Shown in pieces: positions 7,848 through 16,073 of a stretch of DNA of 64,000 bases. The notes under the pieces were generated by a model. That model was not told where the DNA came from, made no database searches, and worked only from the letters and a program-made list of their open reading frames with translations. The DNA is from Ignavibacteriota bacterium. GTDB taxonomy: Bacteria > Bacteroidota > Ignavibacteria > UBA10030. The stretch covers positions 32,001 through 96,000 of the forward strand of contig CAVSHO010000014.1 in assembly GCA_963727825.1 (NCBI GenBank), read 5' to 3'. Within the stretch, counting starts at the first letter, position 1, and each line of letters begins with the position of its first letter. The position numbers and the translations under genes were made by a program.

Positions 7848-10800
7848 GATGATTTTCCTTCCACAATTGCAATTTCTTTTTCTGTCAATCCGTATAATTT
7901 ATATACCAGATCATCAATCTTTTTATCTGTGGCGACGATTTGGCGCTCGATCGGTTCTTTCTCACTGTCAAAATGTGCTTTTTGCAATTGCTTGTTGAGT
8001 TCCAACATTTTCTCCACGAGCGACACGAGATCGTCGTGCATTTTCTTTTCGGCAGGATTATTAAAATCGATTGTGCGGATGGGAAGCTGCTCGATTTGAA
8101 CACCTTTAATTTTTGGAAATGTGTCTTTCCTGTCAGACATCATCTTTTGAAAGAAATATCCTAAAACCTTCGAACATATCACACCAAGAAAGTATTCTTC
8201 TCTTATCTCATTTTCTTTATTAACCAGCACGTACACAGTCTGATCACAATAATATCTTTCGTTATCTATCGTGGCATAGATTCTTTCTGCACCCATGACC
8301 TGTCTTACTAATACCTTTTTTGACTGAAGGAAGATGCTTTCATCCCGAAAAGCTTGATTTGTAAACTTTGACTCTAGTATTTTATTATAATGCACCCATT
8401 CACCATCCCAAATCAATCTGAATGGTTTTACTGAACTTCCAAGAAGAAATTTGTGATAATTATTATTTCTCTTCTTGGTTTCAACAAAATCTTTTCGAAC
8501 CTTCATTCCTGCTTTTACATCATAGAATGATTCAAGAGGTTTAGAGTCTTTTTTTATCTTCTTAGCCACTTCAAGTCCAATTGTATCTAGATTGCTATTA
8601 AACGAGCAATCAGAAAGATTATAAATAGCAGATTGCTTAATTCTATTTTGGGGAGTATCAACACGCTCATATTGCGATGCAGAAACCTCACCAATGGCAA
8701 TCATATTTTCGCGAAGTTCCTTTTTCTTTTTTGTGCTTCTCAAAACGATTATTGATGTATCAACTGCTGCATTTTCAAAAACACCTTCTTTGAGATTTAC
8801 AATTATCTCAGCAGCCGTGTGCTCGATAATATATCTTCGTAACCGTTCATAATAATAATTCGTTAAAATACCATTAGGTATGATATAACCAAGCCTACCT
8901 CCTTCATTAAGCAATCGAGTCGCATGTTCAATAAAGAAAGCAAAAGTATCTGGTTGATATGAGGCAGCTTCATATTTCCTGATAAGATAATCTTTAATCG
9001 TACTATCGATGAATTGGCTCCGTATATACGGCGGATTCCCAATCACCACATCGAAGCCTCGAGAACCTTCCGAAGGTCTCAGCGGATCTGGATTGACCTT
9101 CGGAAGGTGGCCGTTTCCTTCGAAAGGTTTCCCGTTATTCCGGCCTTTACCAAGTATTTCCGGAAACTCTAATTCCCAATCGAACGGATTTACTTTGCGC
9201 CGGGCATCTTCGTCAAATAAATTTCCCTGCGAAGTAAAGTCCGTGCCGATCAGCGAATTGCCGCATTTAATATTATTTGCCAGCGAGGGCAAGTACACTT
9301 CTTTGAGTGCAAGCGTCATTTGCGGATTGAGTGTTTCGGCATTCTCGCCTTCTAACACTTTCAGGTAGAGCGACATCTGCGTCACTTCTACCGCCTGCCT
9401 ATCTATATCTACGCCGTAAATGTTCTTCACCAAAATATCACGTTTCTTGCGCGGTGAGAGATGGTAATTGCCGCCAGTGTCTTTGTATGCATCCGGCACA
9501 TTGTTTTCAGTTTTAATATCTTCTGGGTGCGTGGTGTACCATTCAATGTGATAATCAATCAGTTTCTGAAATGCACCGAGCAGGAACGATCCACTTCCGC
9601 AAGCGATGTCAATTATTTTTAATTTTGATACCTGTTTTGGCGAAAGCTTGAGAGTTCGACGATCAAACTGTCCCCCTTGTAGGGGGACCACAGAGGGTTC
9701 CGCCATTTGCTTTGGAACCTCACCCTGACCCTCTCCTACAAGGAGAGGGGATCGTTTTTCATCTTCTTCGTACAACAATTTCCCAAGTGTATTATCTACG
9801 ATGTACTTTACAATATACTGCGGTGTGTAATAAACTCCACCAGCTTTTCGAACCTCCGGCTTTTCCTCAATACGCGTTGTCTTTGGTGTCAGATGAATCG
9901 TTTTTCCTAAAAACTTTTCATAAATGCTGCCAAGTATCTCGACACCGATTTCATTGAAGTGATACGGCGAGAACGGATAATTCAAATTCTCCAGAATTTT
10001 TATCAATACCTCGTCGCCAACTTCAAGTTCTTCGCATTGATGTTGACTAAAGAGTAGACCATTATACAACGACCGCCGCTGTTTGAATAAATCATTCAAT
10101 AGAGAATACAACGATAACCCACGGCGTTCCTTCCACATTCGCAAAATGGCAAGGAGAGTATTTTCAACTTCGATTTCTCTGTCTTCGCACACGCGAATGA
10201 ACACAATACGATCAAGGATGCGTTGCACAGCTTCATTAAGCGTGTAATCGTTCAGAATTCGACGGTTCTTCGGATGTTTAGCAATATCTCTCGCTAACTC
10301 TTCACGCCACTTGGACAAGTCTTCTAAAAATTCGCGGTCGAGCGCAAAGTCGCCGGTGCGCTTGAGCATCATTTTCTTTGTCAGCACTTCCAGCGAACCT
10401 GCCGCTACTGCTTCGCGCGAGAAGGTATCGTACAAAAGGTCGAATCTATCCAAGTAGTTTTTATAGGTTATATCGAAATCGTGTATTACGCCTAATTTCG
10501 GTTTCTCAAACAAAGGACGCTGGGTGCAATCAAATGTGCGGAACTCTTCGAAATCTGTAAGAATGGCAAGCGGTACACGCCCGGAAAATCCATATCTTTT
10601 AACCTGAAAGATCGCCGATTGGCTTTTCGCAAGATCAACAGAAGGCTTTTTTGCTTCGACAAAGAATTTCGTTTGCCCGCCAATGCGAAATCGATAATCC
10701 GGCTTTTTGACTGCTTCTTTTGAACTTGCTTTATATTCGTCCTCTGCAATATAATCCAGAATGGACGTGTACTCTTTATATTCTTTACCGAGAGTTTCTT

Positions 10801-11065
10801 TTTTCGGAAAGAGCGGTTCCTGTTCTCGTACTTCCTTACCAACGTTAGATTTCACTCGTGATTCAGGCACTACCTCTTGGCGAAACAATGGCAGCATTAA
10901 GCGGTTATGCATATCCCAGCCAAATGATTCGAAGAATGGATCAATCAATTGCTGGCGTGCTTGAGTTTCGTTAAAGGAGGGAGATTTTAATTGGTAAATA
11001 TTTGAATCGAAGAATTGAACTAATTTTTCTATCTGTTGCCTCGCAGCAAGCCTATCATTTGCCAT
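7844..11065 (-). CDS. Type IIG fused restriction endonuclease / N6-adenine methyltransferase with TaqI-C-like specificity domain
   Basis: N-terminal nuclease PDY...VEAKK; GSIYEKFLG, GVYYTP, motif I DIACGSGSFL, IYGVDID, NIKCGNSL, motif IV GNPPY; C-terminal TRD and KIDDLVYKLYGLTEKEI tail. Confidence 0.92.
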   Translation of the reverse strand: MANDRLAARQQIEKLVQFFDSNIYQLKSPSFNETQARQQLIDPFFESFGWDMHNRLMLPLFRQEVVPESRVKSNVGKEVREQEPLFPKKETLGKEYKEYTSILDYIAEDEYKASSKEAVKKPDYRFRIGGQTKFFVEAKKPSVDLAKSQSAIFQVKRYGFSGRVPLAILTDFEEFRTFDCTQRPLFEKPKLGVIHDFDITYKNYLDRFDLLYDTFSREAVAAGSLEVLTKKMMLKRTGDFALDREFLEDLSKWREELARDIAKHPKNRRILNDYTLNEAVQRILDRIVFIRVCEDREIEVENTLLAILRMWKERRGLSLYSLLNDLFKQRRSLYNGLLFSQHQCEELEVGDEVLIKILENLNYPFSPYHFNEIGVEILGSIYEKFLGKTIHLTPKTTRIEEKPEVRKAGGVYYTPQYIVKYIVDNTLGKLLYEEDEKRSPLLVGEGQGEVPKQMAEPSVVPLQGGQFDRRTLKLSPKQVSKLKIIDIACGSGSFLLGAFQKLIDYHIEWYTTHPEDIKTENNVPDAYKDTGGNYHLSPRKKRDILVKNIYGVDIDRQAVEVTQMSLYLKVLEGENAETLNPQMTLALKEVYLPSLANNIKCGNSLIGTDFTSQGNLFDEDARRKVNPFDWELEFPEILGKGRNNGKPFEGNGHLPKVNPDPLRPSEGSRGFDVVIGNPPYIRSQFIDSTIKDYLIRKYEAASYQPDTFAFFIEHATRLLNEGGRLGYIIPNGILTNYYYERLRRYIIEHTAAEIIVNLKEGVFENAAVDTSIIVLRSTKKKKELRENMIAIGEVSASQYERVDTPQNRIKQSAIYNLSDCSFNSNLDTIGLEVAKKIKKDSKPLESFYDVKAGMKVRKDFVETKKRNNNYHKFLLGSSVKPFRLIWDGEWVHYNKILESKFTNQAFRDESIFLQSKKVLVRQVMGAERIYATIDNERYYCDQTVYVLVNKENEIREEYFLGVICSKVLGYFFQKMMSDRKDTFPKIKGVQIEQLPIRTIDFNNPAEKKMHDDLVSLVEKMLELNKQLQKAHFDSEKEPIERQIVATDKKIDDLVYKLYGLTEKEIAIVEGKSS

Positions 11066-11130
11066 AGATTTCTTGATTCTAATCGTTTCTTGATAAGATC
11101 ATACGATGAGACTTCGGTACCGCCACCGTT

Positions 11131-11159
11131 AATCTACCAAACCCTTTGCTTGTTTGCAA
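11131..11159 (-). promoter_or_regulatory. Putative sigma70 promoter of the R-M gene
   Basis: TTGCAA-17 nt-TAGATT on the minus strand, about 65 bp upstream of the ATG; duplicated at 11737-11765. Confidence 0.6.
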
Positions 11160-11187
11160 TGACTTTATATTCCCCTCACGTTAAAGT

Positions 11188-11706
11188 CTACATGAAATTG
11201 TTGGAAATTTCCTTTTCTATTAGCCATTTGAAAGGATTGTTGGCGATATATTCTCTTATATTATCGAGATCTTTGTCATCGCGTATGATATGCTCGTAAT
11301 AATTTCTCTGCCAGAATCGATCTCCTGGTGTTCGATTCATTGCGTTGATCAATTTCGTCGATTGGTATTTGAAATATGCCACCATATTTCCCAATGTCGG
11401 TTTACGTAGTAGGGGCGAGGTCACCTCGCCCCTACCAGGTTCATTGATAACGATAATTCCATGCAAGTGATTTGGCATGGTTATAAACGCATCCAATTCG
11501 ACATCATGAAAATGTCCGGGAATGTCTTTCCAACATCGTTTTACAATTTCTCCATTAGAGGATAAACACATTTCTTCATTTACAATCTTGCCTAAAGAAC
11601 ATGTTTTGCCCTGTGTACACATCGTTATAAAATAATCTCCGGGCTGAGAATAATCATAATCCTGCAGCCGAATAGAACGTCTCTTGTGTAAATTGAGATT
11701 AATCAT
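11188..11706 (-). CDS. REP-associated tyrosine (HUH/Y1) transposase, RAYT / TnpA-REP
   Basis: RRSIRLQDYDYSQPGDYFITMCT, HUH motif MPNHLHGII, FWQRNYYEHIIRD, catalytic YIANNP; GTAG REP within the gene. Confidence 0.9.
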   Translation of the reverse strand: MINLNLHKRRSIRLQDYDYSQPGDYFITMCTQGKTCSLGKIVNEEMCLSSNGEIVKRCWKDIPGHFHDVELDAFITMPNHLHGIIVINEPGRGEVTSPLLRKPTLGNMVAYFKYQSTKLINAMNRTPGDRFWQRNYYEHIIRDDKDLDNIREYIANNPFKWLIEKEISNNFM

Positions 11707-11736
11707 AAAGGGATTTGTGAGAACTGGAGCTTTTTT

Positions 11737-11765
11737 AAACTACGAAACCCTTTGCTTGTTTGCAA
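11737..11765 (-). promoter_or_regulatory. Putative sigma70 promoter of the RAYT gene
   Basis: TTGCAA-17 nt-TAGTTT; 11740-11765 matches 11134-11159 at 25/26. Confidence 0.55.
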
Positions 11766-11842
11766 CGGTTCCCTAACAAAACAGGCGATGCATTGCCGCA
11801 CTTTCTGTGAAATTAAGATATGACAAACATTTCCGATCGCTC

Positions 11843-12613
11843 TTAGCGGTCGGAAAGCTGCACGACATCGCCGTTTTTCAGAATGCGAATTTTATCTGAA
11901 ATACCGATTCGTTTTGCTTCTTCCTGAAGGAGCAGAGGCGGTTCTTGAAGAGGTTCATCACTAATCTTAAATGTTCCCCAATGCATTGGTATTAACATGT
12001 CGGCTTTGAGATCCATGAAAGCCTGGATAGCAGTTTGCGGATTGAGATGTATATCTTTAAACCAGTTGTGCGGTTTATAGGCACCTATAGGAAGAAGAGC
12101 CGCACTGATGAGAAATCGGGATGAAATTTCTTTGAAATGTGTACTGTAACCGGTATCGCCGGCAAAGTAAATTGTGTTGTGTGGACTTTCGATGACATAT
12201 CCGCAGCATAAGCGCTTGTTACGCTGGAAAGGTGTACGATTACCTTTATGTTTTGCTGGAACACATGTAATCCGGAGCTGATCGTGGTCATGAGTCTCCC
12301 ATTCCTTCATTTCGATAACCGATGTAAAACCAGCATCGTACGCATACTTAGCATCACCCAGCGGAACGATAATTTGCGATTGGTGCTGCCTGCGGAGTTT
12401 GCGGAGTGTGCGTGTATTCAGATGGTCGTAATCATTATGAGAGATAAGGATAATATCGATTTGCGGAAGATCTTTAAAAGGGATACCGACTTTTTGCATA
12501 CGCGGCGCAATCCATCCTATCGAGCATGCATAAATTGGATCGGTGATAATATTAGTATCCCCGATCTGAATAAGCAAAGTTGCATGGTTGATAAGTGTGA
12601 TTTTCGTGCTCAT
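11843..12613 (-). CDS. MBL-fold metallo-hydrolase (RomA / NAPE-PLD-like)
   Basis: ITLINHATLLI, ITDP, ISHNDYDHL, VPAKH, YFAGDTGY, LPIGAY, IPMHWGTF; start moved to ATG 12613 because the longer ORF begins inside a REP. Confidence 0.88.
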   Translation of the reverse strand: MSTKITLINHATLLIQIGDTNIITDPIYACSIGWIAPRMQKVGIPFKDLPQIDIILISHNDYDHLNTRTLRKLRRQHQSQIIVPLGDAKYAYDAGFTSVIEMKEWETHDHDQLRITCVPAKHKGNRTPFQRNKRLCCGYVIESPHNTIYFAGDTGYSTHFKEISSRFLISAALLPIGAYKPHNWFKDIHLNPQTAIQAFMDLKADMLIPMHWGTFKISDEPLQEPPLLLQEEAKRIGISDKIRILKNGDVVQLSDR

Positions 12614-12728
12614 TGCGATCTTCTTGATATCTGTTTTAATATTAAAAGCATTAAGCACGAAGTGCAAACCACCAACAATCACCCCTTTCCCGACACGACC
12701 AATCGTGTCGAGACTGTCCCCTCTTTTT

Positions 12729-12824
12729 GTCATGCCCGTGTAAACGGGCATCTTAGTTTAAGATATGTAAGATTCCCGCGTGCGCCTGCTCGCCGCTTCG
12801 CTTTGTCAGGCAGGTGGGAATGAC
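12729..12824. repeat. GTCA-type REP doublet with a 30-nt cctgc..gcagg hairpin inserted in its second arm
   Basis: gtcatgcccgtgtaaacgggcatc ... gattcccgcgtgcg[cctgctcgccgcttcgctttgtcaggcagg]tgggaatgac; empty form at 14585-14608. Confidence 0.7.
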
Positions 12825-12841
12825 GGATGGAAGATGAACAA

Positions 12842-13600
12842 CTACACTGCCCCTTGTTCCTTCTTCTTCACCGGAAATATAATCGACACGCTCAACGCTA
12901 GCAATGCGTGAAAAAACACAAGCGTATATCCTGTAGGCAGATCCAGATTGTAGGAAACGAGAATCGACACTAAATTTACAGCCGTTCCGATGATCCATGC
13001 AGTGAGAAGCAATTTCCCTTTATTGATTCTCAGTGCAATATATGCAGGTGCAACGAGGAGAGAAAAAACAATAAGCACTCCCGCTAATCGCACGGAACTG
13101 GTCACCGTAGCTGCAAACGATACGAAGAAGAGTGCATCCTTCCAAAATCCTTTCATGCGAGGATACACAAAGACGAGCAACAAACCGAGCAGGGAATAAA
13201 TAATTCCCGTTTCGATAATATCTGACCATGGCGTAAAGAGAATATCCGAGGCCATCAGTTTATCGAACATCTCCATTCCATGCGCCGACTTGGAAAGAAT
13301 AATAAACACACCTGAAATTCCAAATGCGTATAGAAGTCCGATGAATGCTTCGTGCGATACGGTCCGCTTGGATGCAATTGCAATGGCAAGTCCTGCAAGC
13401 AAAGCAAAAGCAAGTGATAGCGGATAAATAAATAGGCCGTCGAAGAAAAGAATCGAAAGCGCAGCTCCAATTGCGGACATTTGTCCTATTGCAAGGTCTG
13501 TAAAAATAATTCCCCTCCTGATGATTTCCAACCCGAAGAAAGAATGAATGCCGAGCAGTACAACAGAAAGAACGAATGCGGAAAGAAGTATATCAGCCAT
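12842..13600 (-). CDS. Metal ABC transporter permease (ZnuB/ABC-3 family)
   Basis: HSFFGLEIIRRGIIFTDLAIGQ, EAFIGLLYAF, GVLIVFSLLVAPA, DLPTG; highly hydrophobic. Confidence 0.88.
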   Translation of the reverse strand: MADILLSAFVLSVVLLGIHSFFGLEIIRRGIIFTDLAIGQMSAIGAALSILFFDGLFIYPLSLAFALLAGLAIAIASKRTVSHEAFIGLLYAFGISGVFIILSKSAHGMEMFDKLMASDILFTPWSDIIETGIIYSLLGLLLVFVYPRMKGFWKDALFFVSFAATVTSSVRLAGVLIVFSLLVAPAYIALRINKGKLLLTAWIIGTAVNLVSILVSYNLDLPTGYTLVFFHALLALSVSIIFPVKKKEQGAV

Positions 13601-14486
13601 TAGTCAATCTCCTTACAATCTCATCAAACATGCTGAACACATTATCAGCCTCTTTTATAGATCCGACATCATGCGGCATAATAATAAGTTTTACATTAAG
13701 TTTTTTTGATAAATACGACGAAGCATCCTGCGGATTGTACACATCCTGTAGTATAAACTTGATTCCTTCTCGCTGGATTAATTTCTCAACTTCTGCAATG
13801 TGCTTTGTGGTCGGCGGAATTCCTGGTAGCGGCTCGATCGTGCCGGCGATAACAAATCCGAATCGATCTAGGAAATAATCGAAGAGCTTGTGATACTCGA
13901 CGACCTTTTCTCCCTTGAACGGTTTTAACTTCTCTTCCCACGTTTTCATTTTTTGCTGCCAGAGACCGTACAGTTCTTTATTATTGGCTTCATAGAAAGC
14001 TTGATTATCGGGATCAAGTTCGCTCAACCGTTCAGTGATTGCATTCGCAACAAGCGGAATATTATCAGGATCCAAAAAGAAGTGCGGATTCCCTTCGGGA
14101 TGCACATCCCCAAGTTCACGGGATACACTCGTCGGCACATCGATCAGATGCACATGTTGAGAGAGATCGAGAAATCCCCGCTCCCCCGGCTGCACGGCGG
14201 CGTTATTCGCTTGCTTGATAATTTGGGGAAGCCATCCGATCTCTAATTGTCCGCCATTGATAATAAGAAGATCTGCTTTACGCATTTTTGCAATGTAGGA
14301 TGGTTTAGGAATGATGATGTGCGGATTATAATCTCCCCGTGCAAGAGAGATCACTTCGACACGATCTTTGCCGATACGCTGAGTGATATCGCCGATGTAA
14401 CCGTAGGTTGCCACAACCTGCAATTGCCCCGTGAAAGCTGCTTGCATGCACACTAACAAGAGCGGAATAATTTTTAACAGTTTCAT
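13593..14486 (-). CDS. Metal ABC transporter substrate-binding protein (ZnuA/TroA cluster)
   Basis: Signal peptide; NPH, GDVHPEGNPHFFLDP, YHKLFDY, IEPLPGIPPT motifs. Confidence 0.9.
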   Translation of the reverse strand: MKLLKIIPLLLVCMQAAFTGQLQVVATYGYIGDITQRIGKDRVEVISLARGDYNPHIIIPKPSYIAKMRKADLLIINGGQLEIGWLPQIIKQANNAAVQPGERGFLDLSQHVHLIDVPTSVSRELGDVHPEGNPHFFLDPDNIPLVANAITERLSELDPDNQAFYEANNKELYGLWQQKMKTWEEKLKPFKGEKVVEYHKLFDYFLDRFGFVIAGTIEPLPGIPPTTKHIAEVEKLIQREGIKFILQDVYNPQDASSYLSKKLNVKLIIMPHDVGSIKEADNVFSMFDEIVRRLTNG

Positions 14487-14511
14487 ACAATACTCCATAA
14501 TGAGATGTGAA

Positions 14512-14651
14512 TTTATATTCTACTGGGTTAAATACTCCAACGTTCATACCGTCATTCCCGCGAAAGCGGGAATCCAGAACATCAGACTCCTGCGTACGCG
14601 GGAGTGACAAAATACCTTGTCCCGCTGTGCAGGACTACGAGGATGTTTATT
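14512..14651 (-). mobile_element. Non-autonomous palindromic element (shell Z, copy 2) enclosing a gtcattcccgcg REP doublet (14551-14608)
   Basis: rc aataaacatcctcgta...caaggtattt [gtcactcccgcg...ggattcccgctttcgcgggaatgac] cgttggagtatttaacccagtagaatataaa; ends match 4601-4750. Confidence 0.65.
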
Positions 14652-14655
14652 TTCT

Positions 14656-15939
14656 TCAAAATGCATGTGCTCCGTGAGCGCCGATTGTTAAATTTGCCTG
14701 TAAAATAATTTGTGTATATGGCTGCTGAGACCATCCTCCAGATGTCTGCACATAGCGGCTTAAGTCTCTATCGAGTTGAAGCCGGAGACGTGAGAATTCT
14801 GTTGGGCTATATTCGATCATTGCAGAATATCGCGGAAGATTTGACGGCATATGTTGATCCACGCCGCCGAGTAATACATCATTCTGCATCAGCAAATCGC
14901 ACCTTACGCCGATTTCCCAGAGTTGATCGAGCTTGGCGGCAACCTGTGCATAAAAACCGGAATTATGCTTGTCCAGACTCGGTGACAAAACAACGTTCGA
15001 TGAATCGCGCGTGTATTCTGTTCCGTTCATCACACGATACATATATTCGCCCTGGAGTGAAACAAAACGGATCGCATCGAGAGAATATTTAATGGTCAAA
15101 TCGCCGCCGATAATATCTGTGTTGGCATCAATGGCTTCTCCCGTGCCTCCTGTAGAAGAAAAGCCCTGATCGGTTCTTGTCGTTCCCAGCGCATTGGAAA
15201 TACCGAATAGGATCGAAGCCTCATCGATATCGAATGACGAGCGCAAAAATCCTATATAAAGATTCGGTCCCTGGACGGGACTGACGGAAACAATGTCTTT
15301 CGGATCGCTGAATCCTACAGTACCGAAGCTCTGCGGATTTTCGCCGTTCAGAACTTCTCCTCCTAGTACCAGAAAGAACGATGTAGGTGCAACCCACGTA
15401 ACCTGTGCGCCGATTTCATTCAGTCCATCTTCACCGAATAACGCTGTTGCAATAAGCGGCCGGTTGGCAAAGTCCCAGTAATGTTCATGCTGCTCGTTGA
15501 CCCTGCCAAAACTCGCGAGAAACTTTCCTGCCTTTATCTTAAAACCATACGGAAGTTTCCTTGTTGTAAAATATGCTTCTTCCAGGCCTGCACTTTCCGG
15601 TGCAAGATCGATAACGGCAAAGAGATCGAAATATGGATCGACGACGGAATATAGCGACATCTCACCATAATTGAAATTCAACCCACGGTGAGCATTCAAT
15701 CCGGAAGAACTCGGCAGGTTCAGAAACGGAAAGCTGAAACCGGGAATTGTCAAAGAGTAATATTTTTGATCTGCCATATCGCGCCCAACACCAGACACAT
15801 CGAGAATGAGTGCGATATCGGGAACATATTTGGACTGATCGAAGGCAGATCCTTCTTTCGATTGCGCCCGAAGCAATTCACCCGGCCAAAGAAATAATAA
15901 CATAAGCAATGCTGAAATGCATGTTTTGTTCAATTTCAT
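14656..15939 (-). CDS. Outer-membrane beta-barrel protein of metal-uptake loci (zinc-regulated receptor/porin type)
   Basis: Signal peptide; PDIALILD, VDPYF, LEEAY, GKFLASFGRVNEQHEHYWDF, PTEFSRLRLQ, C-terminal IGAHGAHAF. Confidence 0.85.
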   Translation of the reverse strand: MKLNKTCISALLMLLFLWPGELLRAQSKEGSAFDQSKYVPDIALILDVSGVGRDMADQKYYSLTIPGFSFPFLNLPSSSGLNAHRGLNFNYGEMSLYSVVDPYFDLFAVIDLAPESAGLEEAYFTTRKLPYGFKIKAGKFLASFGRVNEQHEHYWDFANRPLIATALFGEDGLNEIGAQVTWVAPTSFFLVLGGEVLNGENPQSFGTVGFSDPKDIVSVSPVQGPNLYIGFLRSSFDIDEASILFGISNALGTTRTDQGFSSTGGTGEAIDANTDIIGGDLTIKYSLDAIRFVSLQGEYMYRVMNGTEYTRDSSNVVLSPSLDKHNSGFYAQVAAKLDQLWEIGVRCDLLMQNDVLLGGVDQHMPSNLPRYSAMIEYSPTEFSRLRLQLDRDLSRYVQTSGGWSQQPYTQIILQANLTIGAHGAHAF

Positions 15940-16073
15940 AATAACTCCTAAATCTTTTTTATGACACTACAAGCAAAGACAAGAACATCACTGTTCGGGA
16001 TGAAGTATCAAATGATACTCAATTCCACCGCTCCAAAAAAAGTGTGGAATCGGTAAATTATTTTATTAAGAGA

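Noticed and set aside
12614-12998. N-terminal extension of the MBL ORF and ORF 12753-12998
   Set aside because: These frames run through REP palindromes or overlap the permease gene; no family motifs
14326-14610. 94-aa ORF containing LDSRFRGND
   Set aside because: This is the translation of the ggattcccgctttcgcgggaatgac repeat and overlaps the SBP gene out of frame
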